From Acidimicrobiia bacterium (GTDB lineage: Bacteria > Actinomycetota > Acidimicrobiia > Spongiisociales > ZC4RG35), in contig JBGTHP010000002.1 in the NCBI GenBank assembly GCA_041746105.1, positions 348-64,347 of the forward strand: a DNA stretch of 64,000 bases, in the 5' to 3' direction. A program made the translations under genes and the position numbers. The notes under the pieces were generated by a model. The model was not told where the DNA came from, ran no database searches, and saw nothing but the letters and a program-made list of their open reading frames with translations. This document shows, in pieces, positions 9,903-19,461 of the stretch (the first letter of the stretch is position 1; each line of letters opens with the position of its first letter).

Positions 9903-10514
9903 TCACCCCTGGGCCCTTTCGCCGATGGCGGCGCTGGCGACGATGCTCTCGATCCGTTTGTCCCGGGTGTCGCCCCTGGCCGCACTGATGACCCACCACA
10001 ACATCATCTTGCGGGCGCTTGGAGGGAATCCGTCCCAGGCCGCCCTGGCGTCTGGGTTGGCGTCAAGGGCGTTTTTGAGGCTGTTGGGTTCGATCAGGTC
10101 TTCGACCGGATCAGAGATCGTCCACCAACCGTTTCCTTTGGCGACCTCTGCTGCCCTGCGTCCGGCGTCGGTCATCAGTCCTGCCGCCTCCATGTCGGCG
10201 AACCGCTGTCGGTTCAGCCGCGACCAGCCACTTTTTCCTTTGCGTGGGGTGATGAGTTGCAGGCCCCGATCATCGTCGAGGTGGTTCACGGTGGAGTCGA
10301 TCCATCCAAAGCAGATCGCCTCCTCGACCACCTCGGGGTAAGGACAGGCCGGCTTCCCGGTGGCCGAGCGCCACGAACACAACCAGACCCCCGGCACCGT
10401 GGAGTGGTTGTGTTCGAGCCAGGAGCGCCATTGCGCCCTCGTCTCGGCGTGGTAGATCGGATAGCCGAACTTCCAGGTTTCTGGGTGATCCGACGAGGAT
10501 GGAACTGGAGTCAT
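9903..10514 (-). CDS. YdeI/OmpD-associated family protein (hypothetical)
   Basis: 203 aa. The C-terminal LWWVISAARGDTRDKRIE region resembles the YdeI family. Weak assignment. Confidence 0.45.
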   Translation of the reverse strand: MTPVPSSSDHPETWKFGYPIYHAETRAQWRSWLEHNHSTVPGVWLCSWRSATGKPACPYPEVVEEAICFGWIDSTVNHLDDDRGLQLITPRKGKSGWSRLNRQRFADMEAAGLMTDAGRRAAEVAKGNGWWTISDPVEDLIEPNSLKNALDANPDARAAWDGFPPSARKMMLWWVISAARGDTRDKRIESIVASAAIGERAQG

Positions 10515-10615
10515 CTTGCTTCGACGGTAATCGGCGACATCGAGGGGGATGGACGGCGCACCCGGGATACCACCCTCCGGATGGCGACCTAGGCATCTTG
10601 CGACAGATCAGGTGC

Positions 10616-11017
10616 TCAGCCCGGCCTGGCATCGAGTTCGGTGACGAGGCGAGAGGGAGCCGTGTTGCGAAATGAGCTATCGATGAGCTCGCCGACCTCT
10701 TCGAGATCGTCGGTGCCGGTCAGGTCGATGCCCACCCAACCCGAGGGCCCGAGGTAGGCGGGAACAAAGACGCGAGGGTCATCCGCCAGGCCGGCGCGCT
10801 CATCGGCGTCGAGCAGCACCATCACCGCTTGCGGGTGCTGGACCCAGTCGCCGTGACCCCGTCGCACCGATCCGCCGTAGTAGGCAAAGACCTTCTTCGT
10901 GTAGAACGCCGGTCGCCCATGGGAGATCTTCTCTGCCGATCCCGGAAACCTCAGCGCAATCCGGCGAATGACCGCCAGCATTGGATCGCCACGATCGAAC
11001 ATCTCTTCGTGAGCCAT
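10616..11017 (-). CDS. MmcQ/YjbR family DNA-binding protein
   Basis: 133-aa protein with composition typical of the MmcQ/YjbR family. Confidence 0.55.
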   Translation of the reverse strand: MAHEEMFDRGDPMLAVIRRIALRFPGSAEKISHGRPAFYTKKVFAYYGGSVRRGHGDWVQHPQAVMVLLDADERAGLADDPRVFVPAYLGPSGWVGIDLTGTDDLEEVGELIDSSFRNTAPSRLVTELDARPG

Positions 11018-11153
11018 TCGGGGAGCCTAAACGGGTGGCTCGCAGCTGAATTGCAGCCTGTACTTTCGCCTGAAGTTGGCGACGTCCGGTTCGAACCGCG
11101 GTCGGGGCGAACCGGGGCCGAGTCTGCGGTCAACGGGTCGGTAGGCGCTACAC

Positions 11154-11914
11154 ATGACCGAGGGCGACGTCGAATACGTCGGTTTGATGGCCGAAGAGTG
11201 GGACGCGTTACGCGGCGATACGTCGGACTGGGAAGACCGGCATTTTTTCCTGGAAGTCATTCGCGAACGCGGCGAGCCCGTTCTCGACATCGGCTGCGGG
11301 ACCGGCCGGCTGCTGCTCGACTACCTGCAGCAAGGGATCGACATCGACGGAGTCGACAACTCTGCCGAGATGCTGGCGTGTGCCGGCGCAAGGCCTCCGG
11401 TCTGGCCCTGATGCCGACCGTTCACCTCCAGTCGATGGTCGACCTCGACCTGCCGCGCCGGTACCGCACGATCATCGTGCCGTCGAGCTCTTTCCAGCTG
11501 GTGCTCGACCGCGACGAGGCGGGAAAAGCCCTCAGGACATTTCACCGGCACCTCGAGACGGGGGGGACTTTGGCGATGCCGATCATCGTTCTCGACATGC
11601 CAGCGGACGAGGTGTGGACGCGCGAGGCTGCGCTAGAAGACGGAACGACGGTTCGCCGAACCTCCCGGGCGACGTTCGATCCATCGCGCCGGTTCGAGTC
11701 GACCGACGACCTGTATGAGCTGTTTCGAGACGGCGAGCTGACTCGTTCCGAGCGCCACGTTCGCGAACACGCCACGCTTTCGTGGACACCCGACGAGTTG
11801 CGTGACGCCCTCGTCCAAAACGGATTCGGCGATCTCGAGTTTCTGTCTGGTTTTACCCGGCGGCCGCGCCAAGCCGGCGACGAGGTCTTCACGGTGCTCG
11901 CCCGCTCGGGCTGA
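11154..11914 (+). pseudogene. class I SAM-dependent methyltransferase, frameshifted near 11385
   Basis: N-terminal part in frame 0 (VLDIGCGTGRLLLDYLQQGIDIDGVDNSAEMLA, motif I) ends at a TGA at 11409. The C-terminal part (LMPTVHLQSMVDLDLPRRYRTIIVPSSSFQLV...TGGTLAM, motifs II/III) continues in frame 2. A single-base indel around GCCGGCGCAAGG would reconcile the frames. Confidence 0.5.
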
Positions 11915-12434
11915 CGCTGGCGCGCCCTCGGTATCGGTTCTTGTCCGGCGACACTGCATGACCAGGAGGGTGCGGCGGCCCTTGAGAGTTTCCGATGACC
12001 GCACTGCACGCGATTGCGTTTGGCCGTCCAGACCCCGCTCTCGAACGCATCGTTGAGGCAGACCATGATTCACCGGGTCCGCCCGCAAGCCTTCAAGTGG
12101 CGTCGTGCGGCGGGAGAGGTTCAGCTAACGACGAACTTGGGCGGCGTCGCTCATTTGTGCCGGCCTGCTCGACCGCGGGGAGATGTGCTTGTGGCGCCCG
12201 AATCGGTGATCGTCGCCCACGACCAAGCCGTTCTTGACTTCGTGGCTTCCATTGCTGCCCGGTCCGCGCCACGAGGTTGGTCGAGGTGTTGATACGCCGA
12301 GCGTCTGGCCCGACCCACGCCGGAGTCCTTGGCTCCTCCACGCTTGGCACTGTCGATGTGCCGTCGTGCATGCATGGTGATTCGTAGTCGGTGGCCGGTC
12401 GACAGACTGTCGAGCCTGTGGATGGCGAAACGAA

Positions 12435-13589
12435 TCAGGTGGCTTCGGGGAGACCTCTGGGGAGACGTTTCTCTGCGTCGATGAATGGCAAGGCCTGTGC
12501 CGAGGCGTCGTGCGGGGTTCCGTCGACGACGACCTGTACCCGGCGACCTTCCCATCCGCCTCCTATCGGCTCGTCGAACCGCACATATCCGATCTCAGTT
12601 TCGAGGGTGGGCGACCACACTCCCACGGTCATCGACCCGACCGGCCGGCCGTCGATCTCCACGGCGTCACCCCGGCCAGGGGTGGCAGCGTCACAGCGCA
12701 ATCCCCACAGCAGCTGCGTGCGATCGCATCCGAGTAGTGCCGACCGCCCCACGAATTGTTCGTTGTCGAAGTCGACGAACTGTCCGAGCCCGGCTGCGAA
12801 GGGAGTTAGGCTGCGGTCGAAGTCGGTGCGGTTGTCCATGATTCCCGCTTCCACCCGGCGGGGTGCCATGGAGTCGCTGGCGCCCATGCTGAGGTCGAAC
12901 GCCGCGCCCACCTCCAGCAGATGATCCCAGAGCCGCAGGTGGTCGAGGTCGGCGTTGCCATATAGCTCGATGCCCAGCTCGCCGGTGTAACCCGAATTGG
13001 AAACCAGCACGCGTTGGCCGCCGACGTCGAAATAGCGAGCGGCAAACCAGGTGAAGTCGTCCGGCACCGGCTCGCCGGTCGCCGCTGCGAATATCTCGTG
13101 GGACTTGGGCCCTTGGATCTGAAGCACCCGCATCTTGGTGTCGGTGACGTCGACTTCCATCCCGATGCCGTTGGCCAAGAGCCAGTTTTCGATGTCTCCT
13201 TCGGCCTGGATGTACCAGAAGTGGTGGTCGGCGAGCCGGATCAAAACTCCGTCCATGAGGATGCCTCCGTCGGGATCGCACGCCAAACCGTAGACACAGC
13301 GGCCGACTCGCACGTTGGCGATCCGGCGGGTGAAGACCCGCTCGCACAGGCGAACCGCGTCGGGGCCTTTGATCGAGATGGGGCGTTCGGGCGTGTCGTA
13401 GAGCACTGCGCCGGTGCGCAGCTTCCGGTAGTCGGCGGCGGCGTCGGTTCCGAGGCTCAGCGGATACATCCAGTTGGCGTACACGGCGTAGATCACCTGG
13501 TCCGAGTGCCATCGTTCAACGTACGGCGACCACTCCTTGCGGAGCCCGTTGAAAAGAACCTTCATTTTGGAGCCGTTGACCATCTCCAA
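12435..13589 (-). CDS. aminomethyltransferase-family protein (GcvT/DmdA-like folate-dependent)
   Basis: 384 aa. GcvT-like fold signatures (GPKSHEIF..., SNSGYTGELGIELY). Confidence 0.7.
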   Translation of the reverse strand: MEMVNGSKMKVLFNGLRKEWSPYVERWHSDQVIYAVYANWMYPLSLGTDAAADYRKLRTGAVLYDTPERPISIKGPDAVRLCERVFTRRIANVRVGRCVYGLACDPDGGILMDGVLIRLADHHFWYIQAEGDIENWLLANGIGMEVDVTDTKMRVLQIQGPKSHEIFAAATGEPVPDDFTWFAARYFDVGGQRVLVSNSGYTGELGIELYGNADLDHLRLWDHLLEVGAAFDLSMGASDSMAPRRVEAGIMDNRTDFDRSLTPFAAGLGQFVDFDNEQFVGRSALLGCDRTQLLWGLRCDAATPGRGDAVEIDGRPVGSMTVGVWSPTLETEIGYVRFDEPIGGGWEGRRVQVVVDGTPHDASAQALPFIDAEKRLPRGLPEAT

Positions 13590-13752
13590 ACCCTTGCTCG
13601 CCGATGCGGAGTCGATGCGACCGAGCAGAGGCGAGAGTACTGCATCGGGCTGCGACGAGGGTCGGAGCGGTCGGAGTCATCCCCGCACGCGGAATGCTCG
13701 TTGGGACCGAGATTCGGTGATCGGCGTGGATGGCCGGTCCTCTTCCACTTCT

Positions 13753-13768
13753 GTATCACGCGTGATAC
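13753..13768. promoter_or_regulatory. perfect 16-bp palindrome GTATCACGCGTGATAC, putative VapB operator
   Basis: Lies 10 bp upstream of the vapB start. Type II antitoxins typically autoregulate through palindromic operators. Confidence 0.5.
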
Positions 13769-13777
13769 GCTGCTCGC

Positions 13778-14014
13778 ATGTCTGAAGTCTCGATCCGGGA
13801 ACTCCGCAATCACGGCGGCGAAGTGGTCGAACGCGCGGCCAGGGGTGAGCGGCTCACGATCACCCGCTCCGGGAAACCGGTTGCTGAGTTGCGACCGCTG
13901 AGCCGGGAGCCGATACCGCTCGAGCTGATCCTTGCCCGCCGCCGGCAACTTCCAGCTGTCGATCCCGACAAGTTTCGCCACGACCTCGACCAGGTCCTCG
14001 ATCCCGCCCTTTGA
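13778..14014 (+). CDS. vapB: type II antitoxin (VapB/Phd-YefM-like)
   Basis: 78 aa. N-terminal SIRELRNHGGEVVERAARGERLTITRSGKPVAEL, a Phd/YefM-type fold. 3-bp spacing to vapC. Confidence 0.75.
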   Translation: MSEVSIRELRNHGGEVVERAARGERLTITRSGKPVAELRPLSREPIPLELILARRRQLPAVDPDKFRHDLDQVLDPAL

Positions 14015-14017
14015 TCG

Positions 14018-14425
14018 ATGCCTCGCGGGATTCTCGATACCAGCACGCTCATCTTGGCCGGTCGGCTGCAGGACACCGATCTGCTTCCCGACGAGCCTCT
14101 GATCACCGCCATCACCCTCGCCGAACTCTCCGTGGGTCCACTGGTGGCATCGACCGACGCAGAACGCTCTGCACGGCAAGCGCACCTCCAGCAAGCCGAA
14201 GCCGACTTCGACCCGCTGCCCTTTGACGCTGCCGCAGCTCGCAGCTTCGGTCGCGTAGCCGCAGGTCTGCGAAGAGCGGGCCGGAAACCTTCGGCGCGTG
14301 CCTACGACGCCATGATCGCCGCGATTGCCATCTCCAACGATCTCCCCCTTCACACCTGCAATCCCAAAGACTTCACCGAGATCGAGGAGCTCACCGTGGT
14401 CGCCGTCCCCCACCCGCACCATTGA
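14018..14425 (+). CDS. vapC: PIN-domain ribonuclease toxin VapC
   Basis: 135 aa. LDTS...D N-terminal acidic residue, and conserved downstream acidic residues of the PIN fold. Confidence 0.8.
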   Translation: MPRGILDTSTLILAGRLQDTDLLPDEPLITAITLAELSVGPLVASTDAERSARQAHLQQAEADFDPLPFDAAAARSFGRVAAGLRRAGRKPSARAYDAMIAAIAISNDLPLHTCNPKDFTEIEELTVVAVPHPHH

Positions 14426-14554
14426 GGACCAGCCCGAACGAAACCCCCTCCTGGAAGTGCCGATCTCAAGGTCGGGTAGGCGGTGTGCCCGTTTCTACAC
14501 CTGATTTGGTGATCCGCCTCGTGGCGACGGTGTTCACGAGCTCGACCCTGCCGG

Positions 14555-15256
14555 TCATTGGGTGTGGGGAACGATGACCTGGTCGGCGACCTCGTCGCGG
14601 TAGGGGAACAGCCACCTGATGAGCCCGACGCCGATCCCGACGCCGATGAGCTCCGCGACTACGAAGCCGGGGGTAGAGGCGGGAGCGATCCCTGCGAAGG
14701 TGTCGGAGAGTGCACGGGCGATGGTGACGGCAGGGTTGGCGAAACTGGTCGACGAAGTGAAGTAGTAGGCGCCGGCGATGTAACCGCCGACCGCAAACGC
14801 CGTCACCGCCGACCTTCCGGAACGGACCAGCCCGAAGATCACCAACAGCAGCCCGATGGTGGCAACGGCTTCGGCCAGCCAGAGATGCGAACCGGATCGA
14901 GTGGTGGTGGACCAGGTCGCAGCGGGCAGATCAAACATGAGGTTGGCGAGTATCACTCCGGCGATGCCGCCGGAGCTCTGAGCCGAGATGTAGCCGATCG
15001 TCTCGCGGTTGGTGAGCCCCCCGAAGGCTCGGTCCGCGAGGGTGACCGCCGGGTTGAGGTGCGCTCCCGACACCGGTCCCAGCGCCAGGATCATCGCGGT
15101 CAGCGCACCCGCCGTTGCCAACGCGTTCTGCAACAGCTGCAGACCGGGATCGGTCGAGAGGGTCTCGGCCATGATCCCAGAGCCGACGATCGCCGCCAGC
15201 AGGAAGGCGGTGCCGACGAACTCGGCGGCGATCCGCCTTCCCAACGACGGCATCAC
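14555..15256 (-). CDS. MIP-family aquaglyceroporin (AqpS-like, arsenite channel context)
   Basis: Two NPA boxes (HLNPAVT, NPAVTIA) and six TM helices. Co-oriented with arsC and arsR. Confidence 0.8.
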   Translation of the reverse strand: MMPSLGRRIAAEFVGTAFLLAAIVGSGIMAETLSTDPGLQLLQNALATAGALTAMILALGPVSGAHLNPAVTLADRAFGGLTNRETIGYISAQSSGGIAGVILANLMFDLPAATWSTTTRSGSHLWLAEAVATIGLLLVIFGLVRSGRSAVTAFAVGGYIAGAYYFTSSTSFANPAVTIARALSDTFAGIAPASTPGFVVAELIGVGIGVGLIRWLFPYRDEVADQVIVPHTQ

Positions 15257-15903
15257 ACTCGAGCGGGGATGTCGAGGCTCGTCATCAACGCCTGGACGCG
15301 AGTCTGGATGTCGTCGCGCACCTGGCGCACCAGTTCGATGGGCTGCCCGGCCGGGTCGGTGAGTTCCCAGTCCTCATAACGTTTCCCGGGGTACACCGGG
15401 CAGGCGTCGCCGCAGCCCATGGTGATCACCACGTCGGCGGCGCGTACGATCTCGTCGGTCCATGGTTTAGGGAACTCGGTGCGGATGTCGATCCCCACCT
15501 CCGCCATCGCCTCGACTGCCACCCGATTCACGTCGGCGGCCGGTTCGGAGCCACCGGAGAACACGTCGATGGTGTCACCGGCGAGATGGCGCAGCCAACC
15601 CGCGGCCATCTGGGAACGGCCGGCATTGTGCACGCAGAGGAAGAGGACGGCGGGTCGTTGATCGGTCATCAGACCTTGCACTTTCGCGAAGGCGCGGAGA
15701 CGGTCCCGGGCGAATCGTTCAATGAGGATCGGCAGCCACGTTGTCACCGTGGCCCGGCTCTCCAACTGGGCTTGGGATTCGGCCATGAACCGTTCGATCG
15801 TCTCCACCGAGAACACCCCAGCGAAATCGCTCTTGAGCCGCTCCGCTGCCTGCTTGATCAGGTACTGCTGTTCCGTGGTGAGTTTCGTGATGCCGTCAGT
15901 CAA
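15253..15903 (-). CDS. arsC: arsenate reductase (LMW-PTP / thioredoxin-coupled type) with N-terminal extension
   Basis: LFLCVHNAGRSQMA P-loop of LMW-PTP ArsC, plus the downstream GCGDACP motif. 4-bp overlap with the aquaporin gene. Confidence 0.8.
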   Translation of the reverse strand: MTDGITKLTTEQQYLIKQAAERLKSDFAGVFSVETIERFMAESQAQLESRATVTTWLPILIERFARDRLRAFAKVQGLMTDQRPAVLFLCVHNAGRSQMAAGWLRHLAGDTIDVFSGGSEPAADVNRVAVEAMAEVGIDIRTEFPKPWTDEIVRAADVVITMGCGDACPVYPGKRYEDWELTDPAGQPIELVRQVRDDIQTRVQALMTSLDIPARV

Positions 15904-16555
15904 GGTGGCGTCCTCCCGTTAAGGTCTTGATTCGTGTCTCGAGCTCGGTCAGTGCGGCATCGAAGGCGTCCGGTGATGCCCGCTCCACGGGATCGGGGAT
16001 CGACCAGTGCAGCCAATCCGCCCCGGGCTCGAGCTCCTCGTGGGCCCGGTCACACACCGTGACAACCATGCTTCCCTCCACTGCAACGTCAGCGATCGAC
16101 CGGGGCACCGCTTCGGAAAGGTCATACCCAGCCCGAGCTGCGGCGGCCACCGCTCCTGGGTGAACCCGCTGGGCGGGATGGGTCCCTGCACTCGACGCCG
16201 GGGTAGGTCTCGTTGCCGACCACACCGCCGCAGCCATCTGCGACCGAGCAGAATTGTGGGTGCACACAAATACCACCGGGCTCTCAGGAACCGCCACCCC
16301 CACGCGCAGCACATCGATGACCTCGTGGCGGAGCCGCACATAACGGCGACGTCCATCACCCGAAGAACGCGACCGTTCGATCAGCCCGGCCTGCTCCAAC
16401 ACATGCAGATGATGCGCCAGCAGATTCGAAGCCAACCTGTGACGCTCCGCCAACTCCACCGGCGCCCGATCCGTCACCGTCAGATCGTCCACCATCGCCA
16501 ACCGCACCGGCTCCGCCAACGCCGCAAAGATCCGGGCTCGTTCACCGATATCCAT
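15896..16555 (-). CDS. arsR: ArsR-family HTH regulator fused to an LMW-PTP arsenate-reductase domain
   Basis: ArsR wHTH (ELAERHRLASNLLAHHLHVLEQAGLI) followed by VFVCTHNSARSQMA. Likely start at MDIGERARIF, internal to the listed ORF. Confidence 0.7.
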   Translation of the reverse strand: MDIGERARIFAALAEPVRLAMVDDLTVTDRAPVELAERHRLASNLLAHHLHVLEQAGLIERSRSSGDGRRRYVRLRHEVIDVLRVGVAVPESPVVFVCTHNSARSQMAAAVWSATRPTPASSAGTHPAQRVHPGAVAAAARAGYDLSEAVPRSIADVAVEGSMVVTVCDRAHEELEPGADWLHWSIPDPVERASPDAFDAALTELETRIKTLTGGRHLD

Positions 16556-16830
16556 TCGGCGAAGATAATACTCAGTGCCGGTTGAGTCAACTTCCGGTGA
16601 GTGAACGATCCCGGGCTTTGGGGCGGTATGCGCACGATCAGGCTGAGAGCGCAAACCGATCGACGAATTCCCGTGCCGCTCAGCTCACCGTAGGCGCGGA
16701 GCGATATAGCCCATCCCGCTGCAAAGGCGATCGGACAGTTCCGCGCGGATGCTGAGCGGTTCGCGCCGGAGACGAACGTGGCGTAGTTGGCGTTGCGGTC
16801 GAGGGAGGTCTTGCGCGGTCGTGACGCGCT

Positions 16831-17175
16831 GTGCGGACTCACCACCAGGACACCGACGCGTTCCTCTTCGTCAGCTCGGACCGGGAACACCTCGACTACT
16901 CGAACTGGTTGCACCGGATCTGGAAACCGGGCCAACAGGAAGCCTGGGTCGAGTGGGTCCAGTTCCACGACCTCCGCCGGGCGAATGCAACATGTCTCGT
17001 CCTCGAAGGTGTCGACATCAAGACGGCCCAGACCCGCCTCGGTCACACCGACCCCAGGCTCACCTTGGGCATCTACGCCCAGGCCACCACCGAAGCGGAC
17101 CGCCGAGCCGCAGACCGTCTCGGCGACCGATTCCTTCCCCGACGGGACCAGGATCGCGGACGAGGCCTCCTGTGA
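16831..17175 (+). pseudogene. tyrosine recombinase/integrase, C-terminal catalytic fragment only
   Basis: HDLRRANATCLVLEGVDIKTAQTRLGHTDPRLTLGIYAQA matches the HxxR...LGH...Y box of phage integrases. Only ~114 aa of the expected ~350-400 aa are present. Lies ~80 bp from a tRNA 3' end. Confidence 0.6.
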
Positions 17176-17257
17176 CGCGCGATGGACGCGCGATGCAAAC
17201 CCCCCCCAAGACCAGAGGGCCGCCCTTGCGAGCGGCCCTGAACCGGTGTTTCTGTCG

Positions 17258-17331
17258 TCGGGACGGTGGGACTTGAACCCACGACCTCAGCGTCCCGAAC
17301 GCTGCGCGCTACCAAGCTGCGCTACGTCCCG
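17258..17331 (-). tRNA. tRNA-Pro (anticodon CGG)
   Basis: Manual fold gives a perfect cloverleaf: acceptor CGGGACG/CGTCCCG, D-stem GCGC, anticodon stem CAGCG/CGCTG, loop TTCGGGA, T-stem GTGGG/CCCAC, T-loop TTCAAGT. Confidence 0.85.
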
Positions 17332-17381
17332 TCGGGAGCGGACAGGTTAGCGGGTTGGTGCCGGCCGCCGGCCGGGAAGAA

Positions 17382-17849
17382 TCAGTTGACGAGCTCTGAC
17401 ATCACAGCACGGAGATCCTGAGCGGTGAAGGGTTTGAGCAGATGGGCCTGGGTTCCGGCGCGCTTGGCCAAAAAGACATCCGCGGATCGGTCGAGCAGCA
17501 TCACGATCGGGGTGGGGGGACATTCGCCGGCGGAAATTGCATCGTGGATGAGCCGGGTCACGGCCATCCCTCCCATGTTCTTGATCTGCATGTCGACGAC
17601 GATCGCATCGAATGGGCTTTCCGAAGCAGTTTCTGCGGCGTTCTTGGGGTCGTCGCACACAGTGAGCTGTGTCGCCGGGTCCGACAGCGCCGCCACGACG
17701 TCGTGACGGACCCAGTTGTCATCTGCGACGAGAAGGATGGATGCCACGGCGCCACGATAGTTCGCAGTAGCGCCCGTCCGATCGTGACAGTCGATGCCGA
17801 CTGTGGATCGAAATCGCCCGTGACCTAACATCGCCCATCGTGTTTCCAA
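17382..17849 (-). CDS. single-domain response regulator (CheY-like receiver)
   Basis: ILLVADD...VVDMQ...LLKPF receiver motifs. True start probably internal (MLGHG or a GTG). Confidence 0.6.
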   Translation of the reverse strand: METRWAMLGHGRFRSTVGIDCHDRTGATANYRGAVASILLVADDNWVRHDVVAALSDPATQLTVCDDPKNAAETASESPFDAIVVDMQIKNMGGMAVTRLIHDAISAGECPPTPIVMLLDRSADVFLAKRAGTQAHLLKPFTAQDLRAVMSELVN

Positions 17850-19126
17850 GATTTCTTCGTTTGGCGATCCTCGGCATCTTCTTCTTGTTCGGAGCCGTTC
17901 CCGCAGTGGGCCAGGAGCAACGAGTTGTTGAGGTTGTTGAGATCAAAGGCATAATCGACGACCGCACCGTCGACTTTGTCATCGCCAACATCGAATCGGC
18001 GGCAAAAGCAGGGAATGTCGAGGTGATGATCCTCCAGATCGACTCGCCCGCGGTGGTTTCGTCGCCACAGGAGTACGCCGTTTTGCTCGACCTGGTTGCG
18101 TCACCGCCGTTGCCTTTGGTGGCTTGGGCGGGAGATGCCCCGGGTTCGGTTTCCGGTGGTGTCCTGGAGTTGATTCGAATGGCGCCGCTTCGTGCCGCTG
18201 CTCCCGGAATCACGGCCGGTTATTGGAACGACGGGTCCGATTTTGTGGATGGTTCGCCGCCGGTCGCCCCGGCCGAGATCCTGGCGGCGGGAATGACGGA
18301 AGACCTGGTGGTGGTGGATCGACCGGTCGCAGGTGTGTTCGATCTCGTCCAGGCCGAGACCGCCTCTCCCCGTCAACTGGCGCAGTTGCTCGATGGTCGC
18401 AGCGTGGCCGGGACTGTGCTTTCCACGGTCCGACCTTTCACCGGGGAGGACGACCAGGTGGGAGTGACCGTCCTTCCCACGATTTTGCGAGAGAAGGGTT
18501 TCTGGGCCCAGACACTCGGATTGGCGTCCCAACCGGAGGCCATGTTTTTCTTTCTGGTGACAGGTCTCACGATCGCTGCGTTCGAGTTTTACGCCATCGG
18601 GCCGGGGATCGCCGCCGGAGTCGCGGCCGCATGCCTCGGTCTGGCCGGAGCGGGGATGTCGATTCTGCCAGTACGTCTGTCGTCGGTCGGCTTGATTGCC
18701 GGTTCGGTTTGGTTGCTCTCATTCTCGTATCAACGAGGTGGTGTCGTGGCGTTGAGTGGATTGGGTTTGGTTGGATTGACGATCGGCGGGTTCTGGATCA
18801 CCAACGGATCACCGCTCATCTCTCCCGGTCCGGCCGGGATCCTGCTGACATTGGCGGCGGCCGCGTTTTTCTTCCTGCTCGCCATGCCGGTTGTGGCCCG
18901 CTCTCGCTTCAGCACCAGAACGATCGGACGCGAGGATCTCATAGGACGGATGGGTCGAGCCGTCGTCGACCTGGCACCCGACGGTGAGGTCGACGTGGCC
19001 GGCGGCCGTTGGAAGGCCACATCACATCGAGAAGCCGGAATCAAGGAAGGTGACGACGTTGTCGTGACCGCCGTTGATGGTTGGTATCTAGAGGTTGATT
19101 CTCAGATCGCGAAAAATCGATCCTAA
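17840..19126 (+). CDS. NfeD-family membrane-bound ClpP-class serine protease
   Basis: Signal/TM, ClpP-like N-domain, multi-TM middle region, and C-terminal OB-fold. 428 aa. Confidence 0.7.
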   Translation: MFPRFLRLAILGIFFLFGAVPAVGQEQRVVEVVEIKGIIDDRTVDFVIANIESAAKAGNVEVMILQIDSPAVVSSPQEYAVLLDLVASPPLPLVAWAGDAPGSVSGGVLELIRMAPLRAAAPGITAGYWNDGSDFVDGSPPVAPAEILAAGMTEDLVVVDRPVAGVFDLVQAETASPRQLAQLLDGRSVAGTVLSTVRPFTGEDDQVGVTVLPTILREKGFWAQTLGLASQPEAMFFFLVTGLTIAAFEFYAIGPGIAAGVAAACLGLAGAGMSILPVRLSSVGLIAGSVWLLSFSYQRGGVVALSGLGLVGLTIGGFWITNGSPLISPGPAGILLTLAAAAFFFLLAMPVVARSRFSTRTIGREDLIGRMGRAVVDLAPDGEVDVAGGRWKATSHREAGIKEGDDVVVTAVDGWYLEVDSQIAKNRS

Positions 19127-19151
19127 TTTTCCAGGATTTCCCTGGTGGAAT

Positions 19152-19460
19152 ATGGGAAATGGCTCTAATTTCGATTACCTACAGGCGAGGAGGAGGCCTT
19201 TCGTGACGTCGAGGGATGACTGGCAGACGCAGTCGCTATGCCGTGGTAACCACGCTCATCTGTTTTTTCCGCCAAGCACCTTCGAGCGAAAAGACGACCG
19301 AGAACGGAGAGAGTCACGAGCCAAGGCGATCTGCCGTGTGTGTCCCGTGATCGACGACTGCCGTCAGCACTCGCTCGGCATCCGAGAACAATTTGGGATC
19401 TGGGGTGGCATGACAGAAGTTGAGCGCCGAGAGGTCCTGGCGACCGCTGCTGCCCGCTGA
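19152..19460 (+). CDS. WhiB-family Fe-S transcriptional regulator
   Basis: Four Cys (C..AHLFF..., CRVCPVIDDC) and GIWGGMTE.ERR, the Wbl signature. AT-rich leader upstream. Confidence 0.7.
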   Translation: MGNGSNFDYLQARRRPFVTSRDDWQTQSLCRGNHAHLFFPPSTFERKDDRERRESRAKAICRVCPVIDDCRQHSLGIREQFGIWGGMTEVERREVLATAAAR

Positions 19461-19461
19461 T

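Noticed and set aside
10829-11914. 361-aa ORF as a single gene
   Set aside because: Its 5' third overlaps the MmcQ gene on the opposite strand and translates to low-complexity sequence. Only the 3' part is methyltransferase-like, and the real N-terminus is in another frame (frameshift).
11915-12434. A gene in the 520-bp gap between the methyltransferase and the GcvT-like gene (e.g. 12014-12292 +)
   Set aside because: The candidate ORFs lack SD sequences and a recognisable domain, and overlap each other in several frames. Left unannotated.
16749-17350. ORFs spanning the tRNA-Pro region (16749-17276 +, 16787-17350 +, 17073-17315 -)
   Set aside because: They overlap a cleanly folding tRNA and the integrase fragment frame. 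Composition is low-complexity. Judged spurious.
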